From an uncultured Salinicoccus sp. (GTDB lineage Bacteria; Bacillota; Bacilli; Staphylococcales; Salinicoccaceae): 64,000 bases of DNA. The notes beneath the pieces are model-generated. The model saw nothing but the letters and a program-made list of their open reading frames with translations. It did not search any database and was not told the origin of the DNA. Shown in pieces: positions 1 through 10,382 of this stretch; within the stretch, counting starts at the first letter, position 1; every line of letters starts with the position of its first letter. The position numbers and the translations under genes are program-made. The DNA is taken from NCBI GenBank assembly GCA_947494965.1, contig CANLWV010000003.1, forward strand, positions 171,252-235,251, given 5' to 3'.

Positions 1-90
1 TTCATATGCTCATTGACAACGCTAAGTTTAAAGTTAGACTTAAAGTATGGATATGTCCAGTTTATGTCTAAATAACCCTATGGAAGGAGA

Positions 91-879
91 ATGACTATGA
101 GCGGCAATGATAATGAAAAGCAATTTTCGAGACGTGACTTTTTGAAGACCACCGGAGTATTTACCGGCGGAATCATTGGAGGTTCTTTACTCGGCGGGGT
201 CGTCATGGATCAAACGGACCTATTCGATGATGAAGAAACCGCAACTTCCAATGAAACAACCGGATCCGATTCTGGTGCCGAAGACGGCAATGTGGCTGCA
301 CGTACTTTCTTCAGCCGGAGTGAAGATTTCGAAACGTTGGCTGCAGCCACTGAGCGTATCTATCCTGAAGATGACAATGGTCCTGGGGCTATTGCCCTCG
401 GCGTGCCTTACTTCATCGATCGCCAGATGAGTGGGTTCTACGGCCAGAACAGCCAAGATTACACAATGGGGCCTTTTAAACCGATGGCTTCAGACACACA
501 TGGACTTCAGGCAAAACTGATACGTGGGGACATATTCCTTTTCGGTTTGAGACGTCTGGATGAAGTGAGCAACGAAAAACATGATAAGGCGTTCCCGGAT
601 CTTGACGGGGAAGCACAAGATGAAATCTTGAAAAGTTTCGAAGCAGGGGACGTTGACATTAAAGGGGTAACTTCTGAATTCTTCTTTAACCTGCTCAGAA
701 ATATGACAATAGAAGGCGTCTATTCTGATCCTGCATATGGTGGCAATAAGGATATGCAAGGATGGAAAATGATCGAATATCCTGGACCGCGTATGGGATG
801 GATTAATGAAATAGAATCAAAAGAGTTCCAGTCATTGGAACCAGAAGCATTGAGGCAATATCAGGGAGGTGGCATATAG
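91..879 (+). CDS. gluconate 2-dehydrogenase subunit-3 (gamma)-family small subunit, Tat-exported
   Basis: 262-aa ORF with a twin-arginine motif (SRRDFLKTTG) followed by a hydrophobic stretch. Its stop directly abuts the ATG of the downstream GMC flavoprotein, which is the usual small/large subunit pairing. Confidence 0.65.
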   Translation: MTMSGNDNEKQFSRRDFLKTTGVFTGGIIGGSLLGGVVMDQTDLFDDEETATSNETTGSDSGAEDGNVAARTFFSRSEDFETLAAATERIYPEDDNGPGAIALGVPYFIDRQMSGFYGQNSQDYTMGPFKPMASDTHGLQAKLIRGDIFLFGLRRLDEVSNEKHDKAFPDLDGEAQDEILKSFEAGDVDIKGVTSEFFFNLLRNMTIEGVYSDPAYGGNKDMQGWKMIEYPGPRMGWINEIESKEFQSLEPEALRQYQGGGI

Positions 880-2631
880 ATGGCCGAAAAGTTAGATAAG
901 GTGGACGTCGTTGTAGTAGGTATGGGATGGGCCGGAGGCATCGTAAGCGCCGAGATGGCTAAAGCTGGAAAAAAGGTTGTGGCACTGGAAAAAGGTGTCG
1001 ATAAAACCCGGGAAGATTATGTCGGCGTCAAAGATGAACTGAGGTTCGATAACCGATATCAAATCATGCAGGAACTTTCAGGGGATACCATCACCTCAAG
1101 GAATGAAATCGATGAAACTGCTTTGCCGGTGCGCACAATGGAAGATATGCAGCTTGGAACTGGTGTCGGCGGAGCCAGCGTACACTGGGCTGGCGCCTCG
1201 TACCGCTATTGGCCATATGAGTTCGAAATACGGAGCCAGACGATCGATCGTTACGGTGAAGATAAAATCCCTGAAGATATGAACCTTCAGGATTGGGGCA
1301 TTACTTATGATGAGATGGAGAAATACTACGAGAAGTGGGAATATACTGCGGGCATTTCAGGAGAGCAGGACCCAAAGGCACCAAAGAGAAAGAAACCATG
1401 GCCAAACCCACCTCTAAAAGAAACACCTTCGTTGAAGCTCTTTAAGGATGCGGCAAAGAATCTCGGCCTGCACCCTTTCCAGATTGCAGCAGGCAACCTC
1501 TCACAAAATTACGAGAATCCAGATGGGGAACAGCTCAACGCCTGCATGTACTGTTCATTCTGTACACGAGCCGGGTGTGATTTCTCTGCTAAATCAGATC
1601 CTATCGCAACCGTAGTAAAAACTGCTTCAAGACAGGATAACTTCGAACTGAGGACACGTGCGAATGTACGCCGTGTACTGTACGATGATGATTCTAAGAA
1701 AGCAACTGGTGTCATGTATGTTGACGAAGCCACCGGTGACGAATATGAGCAACCTGCAGATGTAGTCGTATTGGCAGCATTCGCATTTTCAAATAACCGT
1801 CTGCTGATGCTTTCCGATATCGGTGAACAATACGATCCCGAGACGAAAAAAGGTACGATCGGTCGTAATTTCAATGGCCAGTATAACTCTGCTTTCCATG
1901 GCGCACGTGGTTATTTCGAAAATGAGAAATTCAACCTTTATATGGGGGCCGGGGCACTCGGGGCTGCTGTAAACGATTATGCTGCAGATAACTTCGACCA
2001 CTCGGACCTTGATTTCATCGGCGGCGGTGCCATTGAATTGAGACAATATGGATTTGGAGCTATCTCCAGCAGTGGCCATGTACCAGGAGATACACCAAGC
2101 TGGGGGAAAGAGTACAAGGACAAATCACTCCATTATGCCTATCGTTCATTGGTAATATGGTATACAGCGATTACCATGTCCTACTGGCATAACTACCTCG
2201 ACCTTGATCCAACATATAAAGATGAATATGGCGATCCTCTCTTACGCGCTACTTATAAATTTGGCGATCAGGAAAGGAACATCGGTAAATTCGGCATCGA
2301 AAAATGTCACGAAATCATGGAAGAAATGGGTGCTGACATCATCGAAGATGGGGAAGTCCCAGATGAATTCGACCATGTATATGCTGGCGGACACTATACC
2401 GGTGGTGTTGTCATGGGAGACGATCCCGAAACATCTGCAGTAAACAACTATCTTCAGATGTGGGATGTAGATAACTTGTTCGTCGTGGGCGGATCTGCCT
2501 TCCCACAGTTCGGCGGACACCACCCGACACCTACCATCGGTGCATTGGCATATCGGGCAGCCGAAGGCATTGAAAAATACATGGAAGAAGGAGAACAGCT
2601 TGCGACTGCAAGAGGTCGGAGGTACATCTAG
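880..2631 (+). CDS. GMC-family FAD oxidoreductase (dehydrogenase large subunit)
   Basis: 583 aa. N-terminal FAD fold VVVGMGWAGG and a C-terminal GMC-type segment GGHHPTPTIGALAYRAAE. Translationally coupled to the upstream subunit. Confidence 0.8.
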   Translation: MAEKLDKVDVVVVGMGWAGGIVSAEMAKAGKKVVALEKGVDKTREDYVGVKDELRFDNRYQIMQELSGDTITSRNEIDETALPVRTMEDMQLGTGVGGASVHWAGASYRYWPYEFEIRSQTIDRYGEDKIPEDMNLQDWGITYDEMEKYYEKWEYTAGISGEQDPKAPKRKKPWPNPPLKETPSLKLFKDAAKNLGLHPFQIAAGNLSQNYENPDGEQLNACMYCSFCTRAGCDFSAKSDPIATVVKTASRQDNFELRTRANVRRVLYDDDSKKATGVMYVDEATGDEYEQPADVVVLAAFAFSNNRLLMLSDIGEQYDPETKKGTIGRNFNGQYNSAFHGARGYFENEKFNLYMGAGALGAAVNDYAADNFDHSDLDFIGGGAIELRQYGFGAISSSGHVPGDTPSWGKEYKDKSLHYAYRSLVIWYTAITMSYWHNYLDLDPTYKDEYGDPLLRATYKFGDQERNIGKFGIEKCHEIMEEMGADIIEDGEVPDEFDHVYAGGHYTGGVVMGDDPETSAVNNYLQMWDVDNLFVVGGSAFPQFGGHHPTPTIGALAYRAAEGIEKYMEEGEQLATARGRRYI

Positions 2632-2689
2632 ACCTCCATCCATTGAAATTTAGGGTGACATCCTCAAACCGCATACAGAACATGCTATA

Positions 2690-2712
2690 ATCCACATCCC
2701 GGTGATGTGGAT
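2690..2712 (+). terminator. hairpin downstream of the GMC oxidoreductase
   Basis: Nine-bp perfect stem atccacatc/gatgtggat with a weak T tract. Confidence 0.35.
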
Positions 2713-3000
2713 TATCTTCATTTCAGCCGAATTATTGTTTAACTGCTCTAATTTCGGGATAAACTACGTAAAAAAGGCCAATAGAGCATCTTTAGTATAA
2801 TAATATTCAGAAATAATACAGTAAGATGTCAATATTACACTGTCAGGCCTAAATTGTAATCTCCTTATTATTGGACTGTAACCCGCCATCCTCCAATCCA
2901 TGATATATTATTCAATGTCTTAGAAATAAACACCTTAATCATGATGAACACAACGGTTAGACTACGTTTAATATATACCTTTTTGGAGGATGAAATTTTT

Positions 3001-3726
3001 ATGAAGAAAACAATACTGACTACTACTATGGCACTTGGACTTGGAATCACTTCACTCGCTACTGGCCAATCTGCAGAAGCATCTGCTCAGGACATCAACA
3101 AAGAAGAGCTTGCGGCAATGGCCCAAAATGGCGCTGCTGAATTGAACAATGCTCCAATACATGAAGGCGCTTATGAGTATAACTTCACTCTTAACGGTGT
3201 GGACTACAGCTTCGAATCCAACGGTACGCAGTACACTTGGTCTTACGGCGGCTACGATAACAGCGTAAGCGTAGCGCCGCAGCCGGAAGCTCAGACTCAA
3301 GAGCCTGCACCAAAAGTGACTGAATCCTACGATACACAGGAAACAGTTCAAAACAATACTCAAGAGCAAGCACCTCAACAAACAGAATCTGTTGAAACTT
3401 CTACACCTGAACCTGTCCAGGAAACAGTGCAGACACAAAAACAATCTGCTCCAAGCCCACAGGCAGCTTCTAACGGTTCAGTAAAAGAACAGTTCCTCGC
3501 TGCTGGTGGTACGCAAGCAATGTGGACTAATATCGTTATGCCAGAATCAAGCGGTAACCCGAATGCAGTCAATCACCTCGGTTATAGCGGCCTAGGTCAA
3601 ACAAAAGAACATTGGGGTACTGGATCTGTTGAAACACAGACAAAAGGCATGATCAACTATGCTCAAGAACGTTACGGTTCTGTAGAAGCAGCTATGGCAT
3701 TCCGTCAGCAAAATAACTGGTGGTAG
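3001..3726 (+). CDS. secreted protein with C-terminal IsaA/SceD-like transglycosylase-like domain
   Basis: GGAGGA RBS sits 7 nt before the ATG at 3001, so the upstream extension in the ORF track is rejected. Signal peptide MKKTILTTTMALGLGITSLATGQSAEA, a Q/E/T/P-rich linker, and C-terminal PESSGNPNAVNHLGYSGLGQ resembling the ESGGN..AVNP.SGA.G motif. Confidence 0.55.
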   Translation: MKKTILTTTMALGLGITSLATGQSAEASAQDINKEELAAMAQNGAAELNNAPIHEGAYEYNFTLNGVDYSFESNGTQYTWSYGGYDNSVSVAPQPEAQTQEPAPKVTESYDTQETVQNNTQEQAPQQTESVETSTPEPVQETVQTQKQSAPSPQAASNGSVKEQFLAAGGTQAMWTNIVMPESSGNPNAVNHLGYSGLGQTKEHWGTGSVETQTKGMINYAQERYGSVEAAMAFRQQNNWW

Positions 3727-3747
3727 GATGTAAGTTAGAATATATCA

Positions 3748-3790
3748 ACCCTTATCATGTGGAGGACTTCCATGTGGTAAGGGTTTTTTT
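3748..3790 (+). terminator. rho-independent terminator
   Basis: Long stem aacccttatcatgtgg...ccatgtggtaagggtt followed by TTTTTTT. Confidence 0.7.
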
Positions 3791-3925
3791 CTCACGATTC
3801 AATCTTTCACTGTACATAATAAATTTTGTCCTCACGTCATTTATAAACTATAATAATGGTCAGATGTTGTCACAAGACAAATACCAATATGCCTATTCCC
3901 AGCCCGGAATATAAGGAGAGTCGAG

Positions 3926-4585
3926 ATGAGTCCTAAAAAAGAAGATTATATTAAAGCACTTTTCGATTTGGGTGGCCAGGCGACAAAAGTGTCTAACAAG
4001 GAAATAGCAGAGCGTTTGGGTACATCCCCGCCTACAGTTACGGAAATGATGGTCAGCCTTGAAAAAATAGGGTGGACCGAATATTTTCCTTATAAAGGCA
4101 GTCTATTGACTCCCGAAGGGGCTGAGCGTGCAAAACACCTTATCCATAAACATCGTCTATGGGAAGTGTTTCTTGTCGATAATCTGGGGTTTGAAATTGA
4201 TGAAGTCCATGATGAAGCAGAAGTTTTGGAGCATGCCACCAGTAACGTCCTGGCCGATCGTTTAGAGAAATACCTTGGATACCCTGATTATTGCCCTCAT
4301 GGAGGTGCCATTCCATTGAATCTGATAGACAATCAGGAACATCACATCTACCGTTTGTCAGAAGCCAAGGAAGAAGAAACATTGCTTATTTCCAGGATAG
4401 TCAATGAGAGTGATCTCGTATCCTATTTTAAAAATAAAAAGCTGAATGTCGGAGATAAGTTGACAGTTATCAGCCGTGACTTAGCTAATGATTCACTGTT
4501 GGTCAAGAACCTAACCCAAGGTATGGATATAGAGCTACGCAGTTCCGCTTCGCAGTATCTATTCGTAGAACAACCTGATAGCTGA
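3926..4585 (+). CDS. mntR: DtxR-family manganese transport regulator MntR
   Basis: 219 aa. DtxR-type N-terminal wHTH, a HKHRLWEVFL dimerisation/metal helix and a C-terminal FeoA/SH3-like extension as in staphylococcal MntR. Palindromic operators lie upstream of mntABC in the same window. Confidence 0.8.
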   Translation: MSPKKEDYIKALFDLGGQATKVSNKEIAERLGTSPPTVTEMMVSLEKIGWTEYFPYKGSLLTPEGAERAKHLIHKHRLWEVFLVDNLGFEIDEVHDEAEVLEHATSNVLADRLEKYLGYPDYCPHGGAIPLNLIDNQEHHIYRLSEAKEEETLLISRIVNESDLVSYFKNKKLNVGDKLTVISRDLANDSLLVKNLTQGMDIELRSSASQYLFVEQPDS

Positions 4586-4653
4586 TCATACTTCCCATTT
4601 AGATAAATCAAAGCCCCGCCGATATCAATTTATGATATCATCGGGGCAATTTA

Positions 4654-6081
4654 TTAATCCAATTCTGAAACAGTTACAAATTCATACCCTTCAGAAGACA
4701 GATATCCCAAAATATCAGGCAGTGCTTGAGCTGTTGTTCCGTGGATATCATGCATTAAAATAATAGCGTCATCATGCATGTTAACTCTTATCCTCTCTTC
4801 AATTATATCGGGGTCTTTATTTTTCCAGTCTTCCGTATCTATCGTCCAGAGGACTGGCTCCATGTTGATGAAATTGTTGATCTCCTCATTTGTGCTTCCA
4901 TACGGCGGTCTGAAGACCGTAGGCTTCAAACCTGTCGCCTGCATTATCAGTTGATTGGTCCGAGATACTTCAAAATCGATCTGTTCAAAGGAAAGTGTGG
5001 TGAAATCTGGATGATTCATTGAATGGTTGCCGATCTCATGACCTCTCTCTGCCACCTCTTTTGCTGCATTCATATAATACTCTACCCTTTTGCCCTGCAT
5101 GAAGAATGTTGCTTTTGCATCATACTGGTCAAGTGTGTTCAATATATTCAAAGTATGCTCTGGATGGGGGCCATCGTCAAAAGTAAGTGCCACTTTCTTT
5201 GCTTGTTTATCAATGGATCGTTCAGTATATACTTTCGCTTCTGCATCCTCTTCCTTCTCTGTGTCATCCTCCTCGTCAGACACAGTCAGGAATTGAGTGT
5301 ATTCTTCTTTTACAAGATTGCGTGCTTTATCGGAAGGTATCTCAACCTCAATGCTCCCTGCAGCACCCGCTGCTATTTCATATTGATTGAATGACAGACT
5401 CAATCCAACATTGGTTATATAAACATTATTAAAGTCATTATCCGGTGCTTCAATCCATTCCTTCAATTCATCTTCAAATAGATAGCGGCTCAAGTCTTCA
5501 TCTTCTTCTGCATATTCAAGAATATAATCATAGAGTAATCCCCTATTTTCTGCAGTATCATCGAATATTTCCTGACCTTCTATCACTTCTCCTTCTTTTA
5601 CATCAGCCATTATTATATTCTTTCTCGTCTCGCCATTGGCCCCATATGTAAACATATATGTAGTAAAGTCGAATGTATAGAGATCGTCGTCTACACGCTC
5701 AGTCTCATAACTGAGGTTGAAAATTGCCTCTTGACCTGAAGATGGTGCTTCAAGTTCCTCAAGTTGCCTATCGAAATAACGCCTCTCACCTTCAATATAT
5801 TGCTTGATGGAATCATCAATCGAATCAACAGCGGTTTCAGGATATTGCGTGCTGGCGTTCAATGTTTCAGTGTCTTCAATTTCAGTAATGATATCTATCC
5901 CTGGATAATTCGATTCTTCGATAGACTTAGATTCTTTTTGTTCTGTCTCTTCAGGATTATTTTCTTCGCCCTGGGAACCTTTTACAGAACTTGTATTCTG
6001 CTCCGTCTTTTCGGGGGACTGGCATGCCGCCAATATAATGATAATGGTAAATAGATACAGTAGTTTCTTCAATTCAGTCAC
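4654..6081 (-). CDS. polysaccharide deacetylase-family lipoprotein (PdaC-like)
   Basis: Lipobox ILAAC. C-terminal NodB homology motifs (ALTFDDGP, HEIGNHSMNHP, RPPYG). Acidic middle domain. Confidence 0.75.
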   Translation of the reverse strand: MTELKKLLYLFTIIIILAACQSPEKTEQNTSSVKGSQGEENNPEETEQKESKSIEESNYPGIDIITEIEDTETLNASTQYPETAVDSIDDSIKQYIEGERRYFDRQLEELEAPSSGQEAIFNLSYETERVDDDLYTFDFTTYMFTYGANGETRKNIIMADVKEGEVIEGQEIFDDTAENRGLLYDYILEYAEEDEDLSRYLFEDELKEWIEAPDNDFNNVYITNVGLSLSFNQYEIAAGAAGSIEVEIPSDKARNLVKEEYTQFLTVSDEEDDTEKEEDAEAKVYTERSIDKQAKKVALTFDDGPHPEHTLNILNTLDQYDAKATFFMQGKRVEYYMNAAKEVAERGHEIGNHSMNHPDFTTLSFEQIDFEVSRTNQLIMQATGLKPTVFRPPYGSTNEEINNFINMEPVLWTIDTEDWKNKDPDIIEERIRVNMHDDAIILMHDIHGTTAQALPDILGYLSSEGYEFVTVSELD

Positions 6082-6161
6082 CTTCCGCCCACTCTTCAGT
6101 CTGGGTTTACATATTTATCTTGCTATCGTTCGAATAGATTCTTTCTCATCATCATAAGCAG

Positions 6162-6752
6162 CTATATATCAATTGCCTTGAACACTCCGTTTATAGTGAA
6201 TGTTTCAATTAGACCTGCCATCTCTTCGGTTGATTCCTGACAGTCATTTTTGAGCCATTTCAAAAATATGCCCATATGTGCATTCGTCACATATGTTATC
6301 AAGTAATCCGTAAACCCTTCCGAGTTCAAATCCACACCGAACTCCTCACTCTTCACTTTATAGAAATCATACATATGACGGGAAAAATACTTTGCAAACT
6401 CTGTGGTACCCACACTGTTGGCTACCGTCAACACGCGTATTCGGTTTTCCTTAAGGTACTCAAAAACTTTCAGGATAGTCTCTTTAATCTGGCTTTCTGC
6501 AATTTCACTGTAGCTTTCACCCACAATGTTACCGTACAACAATGCCTCGATGTCAGAAACAAGCGCGACTTGAAAACTCTCGATCAACTCATATTTGTCG
6601 CTGTAATGGCTATAGAAAGTTCCTCTGTTGATCATCGCTTCATCACTTATATCTTTTATCGTAATATTTTCAAATGACTTCTCTTTCAATAGCTTGATGA
6701 TTGCATCATCTATGCTTTGTAATGTTTTCTGTACCCTTAGATCTTTCTTCAA
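6162..6752 (-). CDS. TetR/AcrR-family transcriptional regulator
   Basis: 196 aa with the N-terminal TetR HTH (ITIKDISDEAMINRGTFYSHYSDKYEL). Divergent from yhgE/pip. Confidence 0.8.
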   Translation of the reverse strand: MKKDLRVQKTLQSIDDAIIKLLKEKSFENITIKDISDEAMINRGTFYSHYSDKYELIESFQVALVSDIEALLYGNIVGESYSEIAESQIKETILKVFEYLKENRIRVLTVANSVGTTEFAKYFSRHMYDFYKVKSEEFGVDLNSEGFTDYLITYVTNAHMGIFLKWLKNDCQESTEEMAGLIETFTINGVFKAIDI

Positions 6753-6901
6753 AAATACCCAACCTTTCTTAGTATTATGTTGGTTATCCTACATAATGGA
6801 TTATATTAACCATTGAACAATAAGTAAAACGACATATAATATTTTATTGTACACAGTGTTCATTAATTATATTTTAGCACAAATAATGGAAAGGTGATTC
6901 A

Positions 6902-8554
6902 ATGTTCCAAGATTTTAAATTTATCTTCAAAAAACCAATGCTTCTAACTTCCCTTCTCGTCATTTCTTTATTACCAGTCATATATGCATCCATCTTTCTC
7001 GGTGCCATGTGGAATCCCTATGATCGTACTGATGATATGGCTTTCCATGTCGTGAACGAAGATAAGGGTAACGAAGATATTGATCTAGGCGCAGAAATAG
7101 AAGAGGAACTTAAGCGGAATGATCAGCTTGATTGGCAGTTCACCGACTTGAATGAGGCCAAAAAAGCGCTGCAAAAAGGGGATTCGTACGGTTATCTGCG
7201 GATTCCTGAAGATGCCTCCGACAATGCAATGACTTTTTTGAGTGATGATCCGAAACCAGTAGATATGGTGTTGAAAACGAACCCAGGGCATAATTTCATC
7301 GGCTCGATAATGTCTGAACAGGCAGGTTCCATGCTGACGGATACTGTAAAAACGAGCATCACTGAAACTTATACATCTACACTCATCGGCCAACTGAATG
7401 ACCTCTCGGAACAAAGTGATGAAGCCAAGCAGGCATTGGCTGATCTAAAAAATGGCGCCCATGATCTCAATGATGGATTGATCGAAGCTGAAGAAAGCAC
7501 TGCCCAATTGAATCAGGGCTCTGCTGAGGTTAATGAGGGGGCCGCTCAGCTCAGTCAGTCGTCAAAAGCACTTCATGATGGTGAAACGCAGTTCACAGGA
7601 CAATTGGAACAATTTTCACCAATTCTCGGCAACAATGCCCAGGCGGTCCTGGGTGCACAAAGAGAACTGGAAGACGGTGCAGGGCAAATTGAAGCGGGCA
7701 GTTCCCAGCTGGCTCAAGGAGCTAGCGAATTGAATTCCGGTTTATCACAGCTTGAGTCTGGCACAGGGAATTTGGTAGAAGGTTCGGGAGAACTTGCTGG
7801 TGCACTCGATGAAATTGATACAAGGTTCAACGAAGTTTTATCCCAGTTGGACGAAAACGATATTGCATTTACAGAAGATGGTGCAAAAGCCATTGCCACA
7901 CCCGTCAATCTGGATATTGAAAGTATTGTAGATACTCAGAATTATGCCCAGAGCTTTGCGCCGCTCATCATTGCAGTAAGCTTGTTCATCGGCAGCATCA
8001 CCTTCAATGTCGTCTATCCGATGAATAAGATTTTTGAAGACAGACAATCTGTACTACGCCAGTGGGTGAGCAGAATCTCACTGTTCCTTAGCCATGCCTT
8101 ATTGATGTCGACACTGTTATATATTGTAATTGTCTGGATTATGCAGATTGAAATCGCCAGTCACGGGAAATTTTTCTTGGCCATGCTAGTGTGGTCGACT
8201 GCCTCCATTGCAATGATTGGACTGCTTGTCATGATTTTTGGGAATTTCGGGAAGTTTTTAGGCATTGTACTGCTCATCATTCAATTATCATCAAGTGCCG
8301 GTACTTTCCCGATCGAGACCTCAAGCGATTTCTACCAAGGACTCTATCAAGTGGTGCCGATGGCCTTTGTAGTAACCGGTTTCAGGGATGCAGTGTTCAA
8401 TCAAGGATTCGATTATAATTTCAGTACGGTGATCTATGTATTGCTCGTGACGATACTGGCAGCTTTCATCCTCATATCATTAGTGCTGCTATTGAAGAAT
8501 AAAATGCCGAAGTATGAAGAAAAAGTCAATAAACTAAGCAAATTTGAAAGTTGA
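6902..8554 (+). CDS. YhgE/Pip-domain membrane protein (phage infection protein family)
   Basis: N-terminal TM segment, a long Q/A/E/L-rich repetitive extracellular coiled region and a C-terminal multi-TM ABC-2-like domain. Confidence 0.75.
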   Translation: MFQDFKFIFKKPMLLTSLLVISLLPVIYASIFLGAMWNPYDRTDDMAFHVVNEDKGNEDIDLGAEIEEELKRNDQLDWQFTDLNEAKKALQKGDSYGYLRIPEDASDNAMTFLSDDPKPVDMVLKTNPGHNFIGSIMSEQAGSMLTDTVKTSITETYTSTLIGQLNDLSEQSDEAKQALADLKNGAHDLNDGLIEAEESTAQLNQGSAEVNEGAAQLSQSSKALHDGETQFTGQLEQFSPILGNNAQAVLGAQRELEDGAGQIEAGSSQLAQGASELNSGLSQLESGTGNLVEGSGELAGALDEIDTRFNEVLSQLDENDIAFTEDGAKAIATPVNLDIESIVDTQNYAQSFAPLIIAVSLFIGSITFNVVYPMNKIFEDRQSVLRQWVSRISLFLSHALLMSTLLYIVIVWIMQIEIASHGKFFLAMLVWSTASIAMIGLLVMIFGNFGKFLGIVLLIIQLSSSAGTFPIETSSDFYQGLYQVVPMAFVVTGFRDAVFNQGFDYNFSTVIYVLLVTILAAFILISLVLLLKNKMPKYEEKVNKLSKFES

Positions 8555-8561
8555 TTCTAGC

Positions 8562-8593
8562 AGGGGCCTACTAAACAAAGTAGGCCCCTTTTT
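8562..8593 (+). terminator. rho-independent terminator
   Basis: aggggcctac / gtaggcccct stem plus TTTT. Confidence 0.8.
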
Positions 8594-8644
8594 GATGTAA
8601 TTTACTTAAATGACTGTAAATTTGCATATCTTTAGTAATTTTAT

Positions 8645-8673
8645 TTGTAAAAACCAATTACTTTTGTTATAGT
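8645..8673 (+). promoter_or_regulatory. candidate sigma-A promoter of mntABC
   Basis: TTGTAA (8645-8650), a 17-nt spacer, then TATAGT (8668-8673). Confidence 0.5.
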
Positions 8674-8682
8674 GAATTAAGT

Positions 8683-8711
8683 TTAGGGAGCCCTAACTTA
8701 GGGATCCCTAA
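8683..8711. promoter_or_regulatory. two tandem 14-bp palindromes, candidate MntR/DtxR-type operators
   Basis: TTAGGGAGCCCTAA (8683-8696) and TTAGGGATCCCTAA (8698-8711) lie immediately downstream of the -10 box and upstream of the Mn ABC transporter operon. Confidence 0.6.
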
Positions 8712-8756
8712 TATTCACTATCCCAGAGGGATGTATAGTAATAGGGGGATCACGTT

Positions 8757-9503
8757 TTGGAGCAGTCACTCGACGTTAAAGATTTAACCGTTTCATATTC
8801 TAATAAAATTGCCATAAAAAACTTTGATGTTTCAGTGGATTCGGGCAAACTGATCGGCATTATCGGACCGAACGGTTCCGGAAAATCAACATTTGTAAAA
8901 TCAGTCCTTGATCTGGTGCCAAAAGATTCGGGGGAAGTACAGATATTTGGAAAATCCATCGATAAAATCCGTAAGAATATCGCCTATATTCCTCAAAGAT
9001 CACATATAGATTGGAATTTCCCCATCCTGGTCAAAGACACGGTGATACAAGGCACCTATCCTAAATTGGGCCTATTCAGCCGCCCTAAAGAGAAAGAAAA
9101 GAAAATAGCCATGGAAGCATTAAAAAAAGTCGGAATGGAAGAATTCGCCGATAAACAGATAGGTGAACTTTCAGGTGGACAGCAGCAAAGGGTGTTCGTA
9201 GCGAGAAGTCTCTCTCAAAATGCCGATATCTTATTCATGGATGAACCATTTGTTGGAATCGACATCCACAGTGAGGAAGTCATCATCAAAATTCTGAAGG
9301 AATTGAGGGATCAGGGAAAAACGCTATTCGTCATCCACCATGACCTGACCAAAGTAGAAGATTATTTTGATGACTTGATCTTAGTGAATGGCGGTCTGGT
9401 TGCTGCAGGGCCGGTTGCTGAAGTGTTCACCCCAGATCTGATGGAGAAAACTTTTAATGCGCCATTAGCTGTTTTAGAGAACATGGGAGGTAAACTATCA
9501 TGA
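8757..9503 (+). CDS. mntA: manganese/zinc ABC transporter ATP-binding protein
   Basis: TTG start with an AGGGGGA RBS. Walker A GPNGSGKST, signature LSGGQQQR, Walker B ILFMDEP. Confidence 0.8.
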   Translation: MEQSLDVKDLTVSYSNKIAIKNFDVSVDSGKLIGIIGPNGSGKSTFVKSVLDLVPKDSGEVQIFGKSIDKIRKNIAYIPQRSHIDWNFPILVKDTVIQGTYPKLGLFSRPKEKEKKIAMEALKKVGMEEFADKQIGELSGGQQQRVFVARSLSQNADILFMDEPFVGIDIHSEEVIIKILKELRDQGKTLFVIHHDLTKVEDYFDDLILVNGGLVAAGPVAEVFTPDLMEKTFNAPLAVLENMGGKLS

Positions 9504-10345
9504 GTTTTTTGAATGACCTATTGTTCTATGATTACCTCCAGAAAGCCTTGATCACTTCAATAATGGTCGGCATCATATCCGGTGTAATCGGCAGTTTCAT
9601 CGTACTGCGCGGAATGTCGTTGATGGGGGATGCCATTTCGCATGCAGTACTGCCTGGCATCGCCATTTCTTACATGTTGGGTATTTCGTATTTCTATGGT
9701 GCTGTAGTAGCAGGAGTGATCGCTGCTGTGGGTATAGGTGGCATCAGCCAAAACAGTAGAATCAAGACAGACGCTTCAATCGGAATAGTGTTCTCAACTG
9801 CTTTGGCTCTAGGGATCATACTGATTACAAAAGCGCAGAGTGCAACAGATTTGACGCAGATACTGTTCGGTAACGTCCTCCACGTCAGGACTTCTGATAT
9901 GTGGATCACTGCAGGGGTCAGCCTTCTGGTCATCATCATTATCGTGGTCTTCTATAAAGAACTTCTCATTGCAACATTCGATGAGACGATGGCACGGGTT
10001 TATGGCTTGAACACCCGTTTCATCCACTATGGTCTGATGGTACTGCTGACACTTGTTGCAGTCGCCTCCCTGCAGACAGTCGGGGTGATACTGGTAGTCT
10101 CCCTGCTGATTACGCCGGCCTCGACCGCCTATCTGCTGACGAACCGCCTATCCATCATGATCGTATTATCTTCAATTTTTGGAGCCAGCGCTGCAGTGGT
10201 CGGCATCTATTACAGCTACATGCATGATCTGCCGTCCGGCCCTATCATAGCGATTGCTTCTGCCATCCTCTTTGTATTGGTGCTGATTTTTTCTCCAAGG
10301 CAAGGCGTGCTGTGGCCAAAGCTTCGCAAGATGAAAAAATCATAA
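9500..10345 (+). CDS. mntB: metal ABC transporter permease (ABC-3 family)
   Basis: 281-aa polytopic membrane protein. Its start overlaps the mntA stop by 4 nt. Confidence 0.8.
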   Translation: MSFLNDLLFYDYLQKALITSIMVGIISGVIGSFIVLRGMSLMGDAISHAVLPGIAISYMLGISYFYGAVVAGVIAAVGIGGISQNSRIKTDASIGIVFSTALALGIILITKAQSATDLTQILFGNVLHVRTSDMWITAGVSLLVIIIIVVFYKELLIATFDETMARVYGLNTRFIHYGLMVLLTLVAVASLQTVGVILVVSLLITPASTAYLLTNRLSIMIVLSSIFGASAAVVGIYYSYMHDLPSGPIIAIASAILFVLVLIFSPRQGVLWPKLRKMKKS

Positions 10346-10382
10346 TTGATGAGCCATTATAAATTTTTAGGAGAGATTAAAC

